64,000 nucleotides of DNA, from positions 190,409,741 to 190,473,740 of the forward strand of contig CM041465.1 of assembly GCA_023213395.1 (NCBI GenBank). Reading direction: 5' to 3'. The DNA comes from Cycas panzhihuaensis (Eukaryota; Plantae; Cycadophyta). The notes below the pieces were generated by a model. The model made no database searches, was not told where the DNA came from, and worked only from the letters and a program-made list of their open reading frames with translations. The first letter of the stretch is position 1, and each line of letters opens with the position of its first letter. Below are positions 26,801-42,000 of this stretch, in pieces. Position numbers and translations under genes: made by a program.

Positions 26801-29053
26801 TTGATATATTAATATTTAATAAATCCAAGGATAAGCACTTGAAACACCTGAAAATATTCTTTGATTTACTTTAAAGACAAACTTTATATATGAACCTTAA
26901 GAAGAGCAAGTTCATGGAGAACCATCTAGTATACTTGAGGTTTGTCATCTCATAGGAGGGTGTCACTGGATCCAAAAGGATAAGAGTGATTATTGAATGT
27001 CTTGTTCTAAGTTACATCATATGGGTTAAGAGTATTTATAGAATGAATATTTTTTATTAGAAATTTTATTGAGATTACAACTCCCATCATAGATTGCATT
27101 AAGGGTATTATACTCTATTAGATGAGTGACCCTTAGAAGAGCTTTGAACTATTGAAAAGAAGGTTTATTAAAGTAATAATGCTAGATTTATCGAATTTTA
27201 GTAAGTTTTAAAACTAGAGTATGATGCTTTGAAGGTGGGCATTAGTGTTATACTTAATCAAGAGGGTAAACTACTTGTATTTTTTAGCAAAAATCTAAAC
27301 AAAACAAAGAAGAGATATTCCACTTATGATTTAGAGTTTTATGCTTTAATAGAAGCATTAAAATTTTGATGATATTATTTACTTCCTAAAGAATTTATAC
27401 TTTATACTTATCATCAAGCTATAAAATTTACTAATTCAAAAAGTAAGCTTAGTGTTAAGCATTCTAAATGGATTAAATATTTGTAGAGTTATTATTTTAT
27501 AATTAAATATAACTATGAAAAATCTAACTAGGTGATAAATACTCTCAGTATAAGGTTTTCTTTACTTACTATAGTATATAATAAAGCCCTCCATTTTGAA
27601 GCTATTAAGGGTATGTATGCATAAGACAAAGATTTTACAATGGTAGTAGATCATTTAAAGAAATTTCCAATAGTATCTACAGGGAAAAGATTTAATGACT
27701 ACCTATCATAAGAAGGTTATCTTCTTGAAGGAAAAACATTATGCATATATGATAGCTCAATGAGGGAGAATATCATTCACAAATTATATTGTAGGGCTAT
27801 TAGAGGTCATTTTGATTAGGATACGAATTATGTGCCGGTGAATAAAATATACTTTTGGTTAGGAAGACAAAAGTATATTGCTAAGTTTATGGAGTGAAGT
27901 AGAGTTTGCCAATTAGCCAAAGGACAATCATAAAATATAGGTTTATATCAACCTTTATCAATGCCTATAGAACCTTAGGTAGATATTTCCATAGATATTG
28001 TGCTTAAATTGTCATCTACACAATGAGGAAATGATTTCAATTTTGTTGTGGTGGATCATTTCTCAAAAATGACATGTTTTCTATCTTATAAGAGGATGAG
28101 TGATACAAGCAACATTGTAGGTTTATTTTTCAAGGTTATAAGACTTTCTAATTTGTTGAAAACCATCACTTCTAGTAGAGACATTAGATTTTTTAGTCAC
28201 TTCTAATAAATATTGTGGAAGAAGTTGAATATTAAATTATAGTTTAATGGTGCTTATCACCCTTGTATAAATATAAATATAGAAGTAATAAATAAATCCT
28301 TGGAGAATTTGTTAAGAAGGTTATCCGGAGATAAGCTCAAGTATTAGGATAGTATATTGCCACAAGCTAAATTTGCCTACAATAGTTTGATGAATAGGAA
28401 TATAACTAAATTACCATTCTTCATAGTACATAGGATGACACCTAAGACTATCATAGGTTTAGTTAATTACCCACAAATGAATATACAAGTGTTGATGCTA
28501 AAGAACTTTTTGAGAGGCTTAAAAGAATGCATGAAGAAATTCAACCATAGTTAAATATAAAGAAATAGTTGATCAAGTAAGAAGAGCTAAGAGATTTAAT
28601 GTGAGAGATCTTGTTATAAGAGGAAACTATAATAAACTCAAATTTAAGAAAAATATGACTATGAAAGGCATTAAGCAATGTTAATCAAAATGCTTATAGA
28701 ATTAAGTTACCAATGAGCTTGATATTTCTCTTATCTTTAATATTACATATTTATATATTTATTGTCTAACTAATAAAGGTCTTGAAGAACATTTTAAAGA
28801 TTAGAATAAACAAGTGTAAAAAAGAGATGACAAAAGATAAAGACAATATTAGAGAAGTAAATGACTAAGTTGAAATAGAGAAAGTATAATTGATACCTTA
28901 TTAAGTAGTAAGGTTTACTACTAGAAGATAACACTTGGGCACCTAATGTAGATATGAGAAAGTTGGATGAATATATGTAAAAAGAAATGGAGAAGACAAT
29001 TAAGCAATAGACTATTTAATCAATGTATATTTTTTTCTATAGCCATGGGAGGA

Positions 29054-30390
<1,337 letters not shown>

Positions 30391-30599
30391 TATACCACTT
30401 GTCCATATAAGTTTCCTCTCATATCCTTTATTCTTTAGCCTTTACTCATGCTAGCTAACTGAACTCTCATTTCCTGCATACCTTATTCATGGAATCTTAT
30501 TATATTCATCGTTCCCTCATTCTTATTCATACAAACTTTATCTCCTTATCTTTAAGTTATTTCCCTTCTTTTGATCCAAATCTAGATGGACTGAATATG

Positions 30600-30800
30600 G
30601 GAACTCATAACACATGGGCTTTACGATCTATCATATGTAAGGTCTTATATGTTAACGTGCAAGGATTCTCTAAGAAGTGATCCATACCATTTGTTAAAAT
30701 TCAAATTTGAAAATGCATTAAGAGCAAAACATTTAAAGAAGGGCACATTGTTATACACCTTTCTTATTATGGAGTTAATTCTTAAATATGTGCTCTAAGT
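30600..30800 (+). mobile_element. 3' end of an older gypsy remnant (integrase tail/PPT/LTR start) that hosts element D and the CRM
   Basis: aaagaagggcaca + tgttata at ~30735-30755 resembles the PPT/LTR junction at ~3794-3812. The upstream frame is weakly chromodomain-like. Confidence 0.4.
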
Positions 30801-31762
30801 TTAAATGAAAAACAAATCATGATTGCAGTGGCATTAACTTGTACTAATACTTTCAAGGCAAAGCATGCAAAGTGGAAGGGAAAATATTTTGTTTTTATTT
30901 CCCTAGTTGATTAAAGCCCCTTTAAAAGCATTTATTCTAGAATTATGATTTCAAGTAAAAAATATCAAATTGTGATACATAGAACATAGCATAGATTTTT
31001 ATATTGACTTTGAAATAAGTGGCCATGGGCCTTAAGCATGCATTGTATGACAAAGTCACACTAGTTTTAAACTTATGGTCATAAATATAAATTGTTAAAA
31101 ACTGCTACTAAAGCTAACCTTGGCCTAAAATAATTACTAATATATATGTTCGCCCATGAATAATGAATTGATAAATCATTTAAAATAACTAACTATCAAA
31201 GTTTTTTTTTTTTTCCTCGCCCCTTCGAAAGTTGTCTTTATTTTAGATGTTCAATTACCTTAAAAAAAGGGCAATTGTTATAGAAGATGATTATGTGATT
31301 TTGTAAATATATTGTAAGAAAAATAAATCATATTATTACATGCTATTTTTTTGCATTGTGAAATTATAATATTTACTATTATTTTATTGTGATAGTATAT
31401 ACTTCAATATTAACAACCATTTTAATACTTCTTTACAATAGAATTTAGAATTGTTATTAATATTCTATTACTTACTATTTTTTATATTTAAAATATTGAA
31501 ATATTCATGATGTCTACTATTAGATTCTATAAACAATCCGTAAAGATTTACCGCAACTACTTAAATTGTTCATAAACCCAAAATGTTAAATATGGAAGCA
31601 GCATTATTTGGAGGGTTAGAAATAATATACTATGCATTGTATGTCCTCCAAGACTATGCATTGTATGTACTCCAAGGGACATTTTCACAAATATGCTAGC
31701 AGACAAAGCTCACATGGGTTGCGTAATAAACCCCATCTCAGGCTGCATTTATTTATCGCTGC

Positions 31763-31935
<173 letters not shown>

Positions 31936-34729
31936 TATTTTTCGCTATTAGACTTAGGAGATTTTTATTCAAAGAATAGTCCACGTGAAGGCATAGTTTT
32001 AGTATGCTTCACACTAAATATTTTATAAGGAAATAGAGTGAGCAAAGTTTAGTATCCAAGAAGTGTAGGTGTCTGAGTATATGTACTTCATGAGTTATTA
32101 TTTGCAAGCAATGACTTCATGTAAATTATATTAAAGAGAATAATCACTACAAGGCAAAGTCTTGGAGGTGGTTAATCATGAATGGATCATGGATGTTAAT
32201 TGAATGGGACATATGGCTACATCAGGAATAATTTATAGGTGGACCAAATACTTGAAGAAGAGGAAGTTTGGAACTTTTGTTAAGGAGTGAATTGTAATTA
32301 AAATGCTACTATTAGATTGATAGACATTGGCATCATTGAAATGATGCCACAAATTGAAAGGTTTTCACATGAGATTTACTGCTAAGAAGAGACGTTATGA
32401 GCAAATAAAATACAAAGTGAATCTCAATATGACACATGGATAGTTCACAAAATTATAGAGATGTAATAAAAGTAACATTTGCATGGGAAGAAACCCATCA
32501 ACTAGCTACCATGTTAATAAATCGTAATCAATTATTCATGTGAAGTACATAAGTATTACTAGCAAATTGTGTATGTTGATCCAATGGCAATAATATTTTT
32601 AAGACAAAGATCCTCATATACTTAGAATACATTAAAGAATTGTAGGTGGATTATGATAAATATTAATGACATTGTTAAAGACACTCTACAAAGGAGATTT
32701 GAGCATTGCTCGAATCTATAGTAAAAGTCCTAAAGCTTTGGTTGATAACCAAATGAAATAAAGGGGACATAAAAGTGAGGATATATGGGATTTGGGCCAA
32801 ACTAGAAGGGGACTTTTCTGGCTCCTTGCCATTTATAAGGACATTTTGGGTTAGTAGCTTTCAACTCTTTAGGTAATGATTTAGTAGAGAATAGAGTAGA
32901 TTAGCACTTAGTAGAGCTACATAATTTAATCTTAGCCCTTTTTGTCATTTCCTTTATAATGTATAATTATAGTTGTTAATTAAATATTTCTTTTAGAAAG
33001 GTCATAGTTGTAGACGTCTATGTTATGAGTTAGTATTTTTCTTATTTGTTATTAAACCCCTTTTATCTTTGAAAGGTATTGAGGTATTTAGAAATCAATA
33101 TATTATGAGGATTAAAAGAGAGCATTACATCATATACCACTTGTCCATATAAGTTTCCTCTCATATCCTTTATTCTTTAGCCTTTACTCATGCTAGCTAA
33201 CTGAACTCTCATTTCCTGCATACCTTATTCATGGAATCTTATTATATTCATTGTTCCCTCATTCTTATTCATACAAACTTTATATCCTCATCTTTAAGTT
33301 ATTTCCCTTCTTTTGATCCAAATCTAGATGGACTGAATATGGGAACTCATAACACATGGGCTCTACGATCTATCATATGTAAGGTCTTATATGTTAACGT
33401 GCAAGGATTCTCTAAGAAGTGATCCATAGGATTTGTTAAAATTCAAATTTGAAAATGCATTGAGAGCAAAACAATTAAAGAAGGGCACATTGTTATACAC
33501 CTTTCTTATTATGGAGCTAATTCTTAAATATGTGCTCTAAGTTTAAATGAAAAACAAATCATGATTGCAGTGGCATTAACTTGTACTAATACTTTCAAGG
33601 CAAAGCATACAAAGTGGAAGGGAAAATATTTCGTTTTTATTTCCCTAGTTGATTAAAGCCCCTTTAAAAGCATTTATTCTAGAATTATGGTTTCAAGCAA
33701 AAAATATCAAATTGTGATGCATAGAACATAGCATAGATTTTCATATTGACTTTGAAATAAGTGGCCATGGGCTTTAAGCATGCATTGTATGACAAAGTCA
33801 CACTAGTTTCAAACTTGTGGTCATAAATATAAATTGTTAAAAACTGCTACTAAAGCTAACCTTGGCCTAAAATAATGACTAATATATATGTTCACCCATG
33901 AATAACAAATTGATAAATCATTTAAAATAACTAACTATCAAAGGTTTTTTTTTTTTTTCTTCGCCCCTTCGAAAGTTGTCTTTATTTTAGATGTTGAATT
34001 ACCTAAAAAAAAGGGCAATTGTTATAGAAGATGATTATGTGATTTTGTAAATATATTGTAATAAAAACAAATCATATTATTACATGCTATTTTTTTGCAT
34101 TGTGAAATTATAATATTTACTATTATTTTATTGTGACATTATATACTTCAATAGTAACAACCATTTTAATACTTCTTTACAATATAATTTGGAATTGTTA
34201 TTAATATTCTATTACTTACTATTTTTAATATTTAAAATATTGAAATATTCATGCTCTCTACTATTAGATTCTATAAACAATCCGTAAAGATTTGCCGCAA
34301 CTACTTAAATTGTTCATAGAACTCCAAAATGTGAAGTATGGAAGCAACATTATTTGGATGGTTAGAAATAATATATTATGCATTGTATGTCCTCGAAGAC
34401 TATGTACTTCAAGGGACATTTTCACAAATATGGTGGCAGACAAAGCTCACATGGGCTGCGCAATAAACCCCATCTGTACTGTACGATTTATTCCTCTGCC
34501 TCTTCTTGTCACATGGAGTGTTCAATGTGCCAAATCACTTGCTAGAACACTGCCACGTTTACAGTTATCGCATTCATATGGGAAAAAAAGATTAATTATC
34601 AAATTACACATTTGTTTTATTAAAATCCCGGTCAGCGAAGTAAAATCGCAAGATCGTTAATTACATTCCTCTTCATTCAATCCTTCGAATGGACCCTCTT
34701 CAGGGTTTAGTGGCCCCGTATACAACAAA

Positions 34730-35616
34730 TCATAGCATGTGCATCTGATTGAAGATAATAACGAGGCACATGACGAACGCTTGGTCTGTTCCGGGTTGCA
34801 CCACAACCCTTAATACGTCATTCCCCAACATCACCTTCTCTGTTGCTTTCTTTCGTTTCACCTGCACTCACCCACAAATACCTCCTTTCATTATTCGTCC
34901 AAACATTCAGCCATTTTGTATAACTACCCTTCGTATTCACAAATATCTTCAACACAAAAATATTTTAATAAAAGCGGCGAAGATTTATTTTTGTAAAGAA
35001 AAAATAACCTCTGCAACGATGCTTCCGGAGGCAGCGTATATCGTGCAAGATGGCTTCGAGGAGGAGGAGGTGCCTTCAATCACATAATCACACCCCAATC
35101 TTTGTGTGTTGGAATTATTGAGTAACACTTTGGCAGAGACCTTACTTCAAAACAAGTACCACTTCCTAACACTGAATATGGGCTTTTCGCTGTCGATTGA
35201 TCCTCTGAATGCTTTCCATCTTTTAAGAAGCGAAAATCTCTGTTCATAGACCCAGAACGCCTCCAGTTAGTCATTAATATAAACTATTGTGCCAAATGAA
35301 TGCTATCATTAAACTAAATAATGGTTGGGAAATTAATAAAGCGGACACGTACCTTGCGGCGCATTGTAAGGGTGGGTGTGCCTGCAGAATCCATGAGAAC
35401 GACTTCGTGTGCAGAAGTTGAAGAATAATTGTCGACTCTGAACAAGAGATTGCCACTGGAATCGTATACAGTGAAGCCATTCCCTCTCATCACAAGGGAT
35501 TTCTTCCATACCGTCAATATCGTTGGACACGCGGCGCAAAACCGATCGTCGATCAACACTTGTGCAGATGAATTGAACGAATTATGATGGTGAGGATTAA
35601 CGCGCAGATCAGGCAT
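34730..35616 (-). CDS. LURP-one-related (LOR/Tub_2) protein, 3 exons: 35616-35353, 35239-35009, 34861-34730; 208 codons with one in-frame TGA at 35149-35147 (possible recent pseudogene or null allele)
   Basis: Exon 1 ..LTVWKKSLVMRGNGFTVYDSSGNLLFRVDNY..VVLMDSAGTPTLTMRRK. Exon 2 RFSLLKRWKAFRG..KPIFSVRKWYLF*SKVSAKV..DYVIEG..SCTIYAASGSIVAE. Exon 3 VKRKKATEKVMLGNDVLRVVVQPGTDQAFVMCLVIIFNQMHML*. GT-AG phase-0 introns; branch point GACTAAC in intron 1. Confidence 0.92.
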
Positions 35617-35717
35617 TGTTCTTTAATTAATTGGGGGGGAGATGCGTTTTGCAGTACAGCAACAACAACGGCAAAACGAAGATGACCGAAGGGTGAGGGT
35701 GTGTCTGCTTGGTGGCC

Positions 35718-35724
35718 TTTTATA
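35718..35724 (-). promoter_or_regulatory. TATA box of the LOR gene
   Basis: TATAAAA on the minus strand ~100 bp upstream of the ATG. Confidence 0.65.
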
Positions 35725-35832
35725 ACAGCGAAATCTGTGTATTTCAGAACGCGAGAATTCATTTGGAGTTGCGTCTCCAATGAGTTCCAATTGTTGTGAA
35801 CGAACGAGCATTTAATGTTATTAAATGGTATC

Positions 35833-36091
35833 GCCACGTCACAAACACACGATGAAGAACGGCGTCCACATGTAACACATTTCTGCAGCGGTAAGACAGA
35901 CGACGGATTACGTGGACATGCTTGCGACGACGTGCCCACCGCATGCTTAATTGATCCATCACGTCAACAGGCTAGTGACGTCCAGGCTTTGATATGACAT
36001 TCCATGAACCTATCCATATCCCCGGACGACGTGCCAACGACTTGATATCTTAAAGCTCCCTGTATACAATGCCTCGTAACAGTATTTACGT
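35833..36091. promoter_or_regulatory. Cluster of 7 ACGT-core (bZIP/ABRE-like) elements upstream of the LOR gene
   Basis: ACGT at 35836, 35910, 35930, 35961, 35978, 36029 and 36088. The 11-mer GACGACGTGCC is repeated at 35926 and 36025. Confidence 0.6.
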
Positions 36092-38094
36092 TGCAATACA
36101 ACTGCTAAGAGGGACATCGAACTATCTAAATAAAGTCAAGTACACCTAAACTTTATAATTTATTACGTTATTATAATTAATGTAAATTGAGGATTATAAT
36201 AGGTTGTCATTCAAGCAACGAGTTTTCAATGTTAACATTACTTGATTATTTAACGTCATTTGTCCTTCTTTCTCACGTTCCACCTTTTAAAGTTCTAAAC
36301 GTTTTTTTTTTACCCTTTTTTGAAGAGCAAACATAAATATGTATTCCTTGAACTTTGGACTTGTGTATATTGATGTTGCACACAATTCTATTTTAGTCTT
36401 ATAAATTAACTATTTTGAGATCTACATGGATCTTTATGGTTAGCTTGTTAACATATTCATGTATAATCCTATCGCAACAAATATTTTCGATCACATAAAA
36501 AATCTTTTTGAAGATAATGTTATGGCTCTTTATTAAACTTGCATATTATAGCTCATACAATTTATAATAATTATCCTTGTTTAGGATTAATATTTCAAAT
36601 TTTTGCTAAAATAAGTGTCTGTGTGTGTATATATATTCCTAAAATTGAATTTGTTCTAAAATATGTTACTATTCATAATAAAAAAACATCTATATGTAAT
36701 ATGGTAATCTAATATTTTCTTTCTCTTCTTCAATAACTAATCAAAACTATGGTTTTATTTATCTAATATAAATTATAAGTTTAATACTTTTCATTTCTTT
36801 ATTAAACTATTTAATGGTAATATTCTTATGTTGTTATCTCTTATATAAGTGAAATGACTAAAAAATGTGGAATTTAACTTCAAGCCTAGTGACCTTTCCT
36901 TTTTCTAATGAGAGCTTTAGATTACTACTTTGATACTTCTTCACAAGTTTATTTGTAAAACCTACCTATAACTACTAAATATGCCACTAGCAATCCTTAA
37001 CCACTCTTTCTCTTATAAGATTTTTGTAGGCCCTCATTATTATTGTAATACCACACACAATACATATTATATACTTCATTATATATTCTACAGTATGCTT
37101 CATTATACATTACATTTTTCTTATGTTTCATTTGCATTATTCTGTCATCAACCCTTTGTCACAAAATAAGAACATAGTGATATTCCATACTAAGTGTGAG
37201 GGATGTATCCTAGTATATTATAAATTTTATATTGTGATGTTATATGATATTGGGATATAATGCCTATATGTGTGGGTGCATATGTGCATGTGTGTATGCT
37301 TATGTATATGTGATTATCATATGGACCAAATACTCAAATGTATTGTAAATAATATAATAATATCTCCACTAATAATATTATATGGCTAAGTCACTTAAAG
37401 GGAAATAAAATAGGGCATGTGGCATGAGCCAAGAAGGAATTTCTTAGGGGAAAGGTCTTTACTCTGAACCCTTTATATTTAATACCCCCTTTTCTGTGAA
37501 GTTAATTGATAATTAATATGGTTATTAGTGTTGTATATATTGAAGTATTTAATGTTTATTATGATCATAAATTTAAGATATGAGCCCCTCCCCAACTTTA
37601 TGTTTTGTACACTAATTATTCTTTATTAGTTATTGTGCTACAGTAATGAATCATAGTGGTTACTCAATTTACCATATAAGTGTTAATTTAGTTGCATGTA
37701 AATTATTCCTTTGTAGATGTGTATATGCATATCAGTTATATATTATAAAATTAATAAGAATATGATGAATATAATTTACATTTAAGACTAATTTTCTATG
37801 TTAGTTTGTTATTATCCTTCTCAATTTGATTCTAGTTTGAATGGCAACATGATATCATAGTAGGATTAAGTGAATGTCTAGGTAAGATTAGAAGCATGCT
37901 TGCATAGGTTTAAGATATTATTTAAGTATATTAGGATATATCCTTTACCAAGTTAGGTTCATATGAATAGGATTGGATACATTTGAGCTAGATTAGATTC
38001 CTTTTTTGGTCTAGTTGAAGATTAAGTAAGGAGGTTTTTGAGAGGTTTAGAGCTCAAAATTAAATTTTTATTAAAATAATGTCTTATATATGAT

Positions 38095-38225
38095 AAGAAG
38101 TTTGGTTAGTTTGTTGACACAAGGAAGTTGAGTTGGGATCTTAATAAGAAGTTTAGTCAATTTGTTGACACAAGGAAGTTGAGTCAGGATGTTGAGAAGA
38201 AGTCTAGTCAGTTTGTTGACAACAT
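38095..38225 (+). repeat. 51-bp tandem repeat (2.5 copies) in the 5' LTR of A; 1.5 copies in the 3' LTR
   Basis: aagaagtttggttagtttgttgacacaaggaagttgag units at 38095, 38146 and 38197; compare 48796-48875. Confidence 0.85.
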
Positions 38226-41200
38226 AAGAATGGTTAGTATCGACATGATAAGCGTCGACTTAATGTAAAGTTATATAGTATAAATAGCTTATGTCAATAA
38301 GCCATCATTGAAAAGTAGAGTTAACTTAATTATCTGCAAATTGACCTAGACCATATGAGCATATGATATATCTATCATGACTTAGATAGTTACAAAATAG
38401 CCTATGATAACTAAAATTGATGTATAAGTTAGTTACAAAATAGCTTGTGATAACTAAAATTGAGGTATGTACATTTCCATTTTATAATATTCTTTTTTAA
38501 GTTCTATTGAGAGGTATCTCATGATACCAACCAATTCCTAGGCAACAATATACTATGGGTTAATTTTTTTAAACATGGTATCAGAGTAAGAGTTCTGTTT
38601 GGGGTTTCTAAGACTAAAAAACTCTAGTTAGTCCTTATTTTCTCAAATCTTGAAGAAGATAGTAAAGAAGAGTGAAGACATGAAGCAAAAGGTGTCTTTT
38701 AAAACAATACGATTGTGTACGATATTACATGGACTTTAAAAATTAAAGTACCTATTTTTGCTAAAATTTTAGTAATAGGAGCATCTCGGGAAGTACATCA
38801 TCTTATTCCAAAGAGGCAACTGAAAATTTTATCATTTTTATGGTGTTTAGTTCACTTTCAGCAGTCCATGGGTTTGAGGATATTTTGAAGATTTCTCTCA
38901 AAATACTCACTTAATATGGGTAAAACTAGTCCATATAAATGCACTTTTATATGACCAGTCTATCTCATTTTTCTAAGATGACCTCCTTTGTTCTTGATTT
39001 AGGCAAATAAGATAAGCTTACTATAATAAATTACCAAGTTTGGGAAATTAAAATTGAGAGTCTACTAAAAGCAGAAAATGCCTACGATATAGATATAGGA
39101 AAGGAGAAAAGGTTTGTTAATGCTAATGACCAATGTAGTTAGGTTGATAGGAATAATTCAGGAGTAATAATTTTGAAATTGCCCATTTTAGACTCCTTAT
39201 TAGTATATGTTGAAGGAATGAATTCTTCTAAAGAAATCTGGAAGGTATATGATAACCTTTATAGATGGAAAAATGAAGCTAGAATTGTAGCGTTGAAAGA
39301 AAGTTTGTAAAAACTCCACATAAGGGAGAAAGAGAATGCTTTAGATTTGATTCATAAGGTCATATCTATTAGAAATGATTTAGCCAATGCTAGAGCAAAT
39401 ATTCTAGAGCTAGAACTTATATAAATGATTATAAACAAGCTTCCAAAGTCATTTAATAATATGGTAAATTCCATAACTAATAATAACCAAACTGTAATAA
39501 TTTCTCTTGAGACTTTAACCAATCTTCTACTCAGCCAGGAGCAAAGAATTAAAAGATATATGGAGTAGACAGAAATTGAAGTTTTATTATCTAAACTCAA
39601 CATTAGCACCAAAGGATGAGGATAATCTTCTTTTAATGGTTGCAGTTGGGTACATGATATTAGAAATCAACCTAGAGGAAGATGGTAAGACAAGAAAGGT
39701 AGAGGAATGTCAACTATGCCAAAAGACTCAATAGTCTGTTTTAATTATAGAAGACCAAGATACTTTCCTAGTAATTATTAAGCCTTTGATGTGTACTACC
39801 ATTGTGAACAATGAGAATACTATCCCTTTTAATGCTCTAAGAGGCAAGTTGAAATCTGGAGAGGAAAAAGGCTTGTAGGTAACTATAGTAAAGAGCAAAG
39901 CAACTTTAAAGAAGAAGAATAAGAATATAGAGCCGTCATAGTTCCACTTGTCACTTCCACTAAAGATGAAGATGTTTGGTATAATAACTCTAGAGCATTA
40001 AGCGACATGATAGGATGAAAATAATGGTTTGAATATATAAAGCCATACTCTCGTAATAAATCAGTAGAATTAGGGAATAAATATTCCCTTAACATTCAAG
40101 GAATTGGAGTAATAGTAGTCAAAATCAAGAGAAAAGGTTTAAAAATTGGTAATATTTTTTTCATCCCAGGGTTGAAAAAAAATTTACTCTCAGTCTCCCA
40201 ACTTTAGCAAAAAAGGTTGAGAATCATCTTTGATGAAAATTGGTTTTTCCATAAAAAAAGGAAGAATTGTAGTGCCAAGAGGCCTAGAAATTAATACTCT
40301 TTATAGACTACTTTCTAATCCCATTACTTTAGAAAATGATGTAAAATCCTTTGTTGTTTCAAATACTAATAATAACAAGCTCTAGTATTTGAAATATGGG
40401 CATATGTACAATCCAAAGGCATATTAGGAAGAAGTTATTAATATAATAATTTATTTATTAAATAAAAGTCTAACTCAAGCATGGATGGGATACAAGCCTA
40501 ATGTAAGTAATCTCAAAATTTTTGGTTGTCAATATTTTGTTCACATTCCTAATAAGAAAAGATCCAAACTTGATTGCAAGAGTATAGAATGCATAATAAT
40601 AGGCTATAGTAAGAATTCCAAAGCATATAGGTGCATAAACTACAAAGTAAATAAAGTATATATAAACAAAGATGCTATCTTTAATGAACAAGATATTGTT
40701 ATAAATCATGAAAAACATAAAAAAACTAAAGTATCCACTAAATAATTTCCCATGGTTATTCCTTAAACTAAGGATATCTTAAGAATTATATTTGAGGACA
40801 CATAAATAGAAGAAGTATGTTCTGAAAGGGGCTCTTCATCCATCAGAGAATTTAGTCCTAAAAAAGAAAATAAAATTAGAACAACTTCTAAAAGGATACT
40901 AAAATGGTACCTTAAGATAATTAAAGAGGGAAAAGGCGATGTGTTTGATCATAAAACTAGATCCTAGAAATATCAATCATTATTTCACTTAACTAAACCT
41001 TAGTCATATGAAGAAGCAAGATAACACATTATGTGGAAGTTAGCAATGGATACAAATATGAATTAATTGAACCACTTGCTAATAAGTTGATTGTTATAAA
41101 TAGGTGTACAAGGTGAAAGAAAACTCTAATAGAAAAATAGAAAAATACAAAGCAAGATTGGTAGCTAAAGGATACACCCAAACTATAGGAATATATTATG

Positions 41201-42000
41201 ATGAAACCTTTTCTCCAATATCAAAGTTGAATACTATAAGAATGGCTATTGCCTTAGCAACATAATAAAATTCAAAAATCTACCAACTTGACATAAAGAG
41301 CGCCTTTTTAACAAAGACCTAGAAGAAGAAGTATACATGTAATAGCTAAAGGGATATATTTAAAATGATTAAGAACATACTGTTTCCAGGTAAAAAAATG
41401 CTCTATATAGGCTAAAATAATATTATAGAGCTTGGTATACTAAATAAGATAAATATCTTATACAAATTATTTTTAGAGATGCAAATCAAGTTTTAGTTTA
41501 TATGTAAAGATCAACCAAGGATGGATCATTATAATTATTGTGTATGTAGATGATATGATTCTTACAAGTAGTGATACAGAGTCTATTATAGTCATAATAA
41601 CTCAACTAAAAAAAAGATTTAAAATGACAAACTTAGGACTTCTGAGTTATTACCTTGGTATAGAAGTAAAATAAGAAGAGAACTTAATTACCATATCGTA
41701 AAATAAGTATACCAAGAAATTCAAGATAGAAGACTATAATATCTATGTAACGCTAATGGAAATAGGGTGTAATCTAACTTAAGACATAGAAGGAGCTCTA
41801 GTCAATACAACCTTATATAGATAACTAACTTATAGTCTAATTTATCTTTTTTTTTTATAAGATAAAATGAATTTATAGTGGGTTTGAACAGGATCCCACA
41901 ACCGATTACATCAGATGAATTTTGTGCTACCAAGAGATATATGATCGTGACAGCCCTACGGTCTAGGCCATAGAGCTAAATGCTGGGACAAGCCCCACGA

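Noticed and set aside
35147-35149. TGA read as selenocysteine or programmed readthrough
   Set aside because: Land plants lack the Sec machinery and no readthrough context is evident. A GTAAGG donor-like site lies just after the stop, so it would not remove it.
34292-35997. Alternative ORFs around the LOR gene (e.g. 34749-35087 +, 35080-35274 -, 35553-35939 -)
   Set aside because: Off-frame or antisense overlaps in a GC-rich island; the spliced LOR model explains the region.
38095-38225. CRISPR-like repeat array
   Set aside because: Units are contiguous without unique spacers and lie inside a plant LTR; no cas genes.
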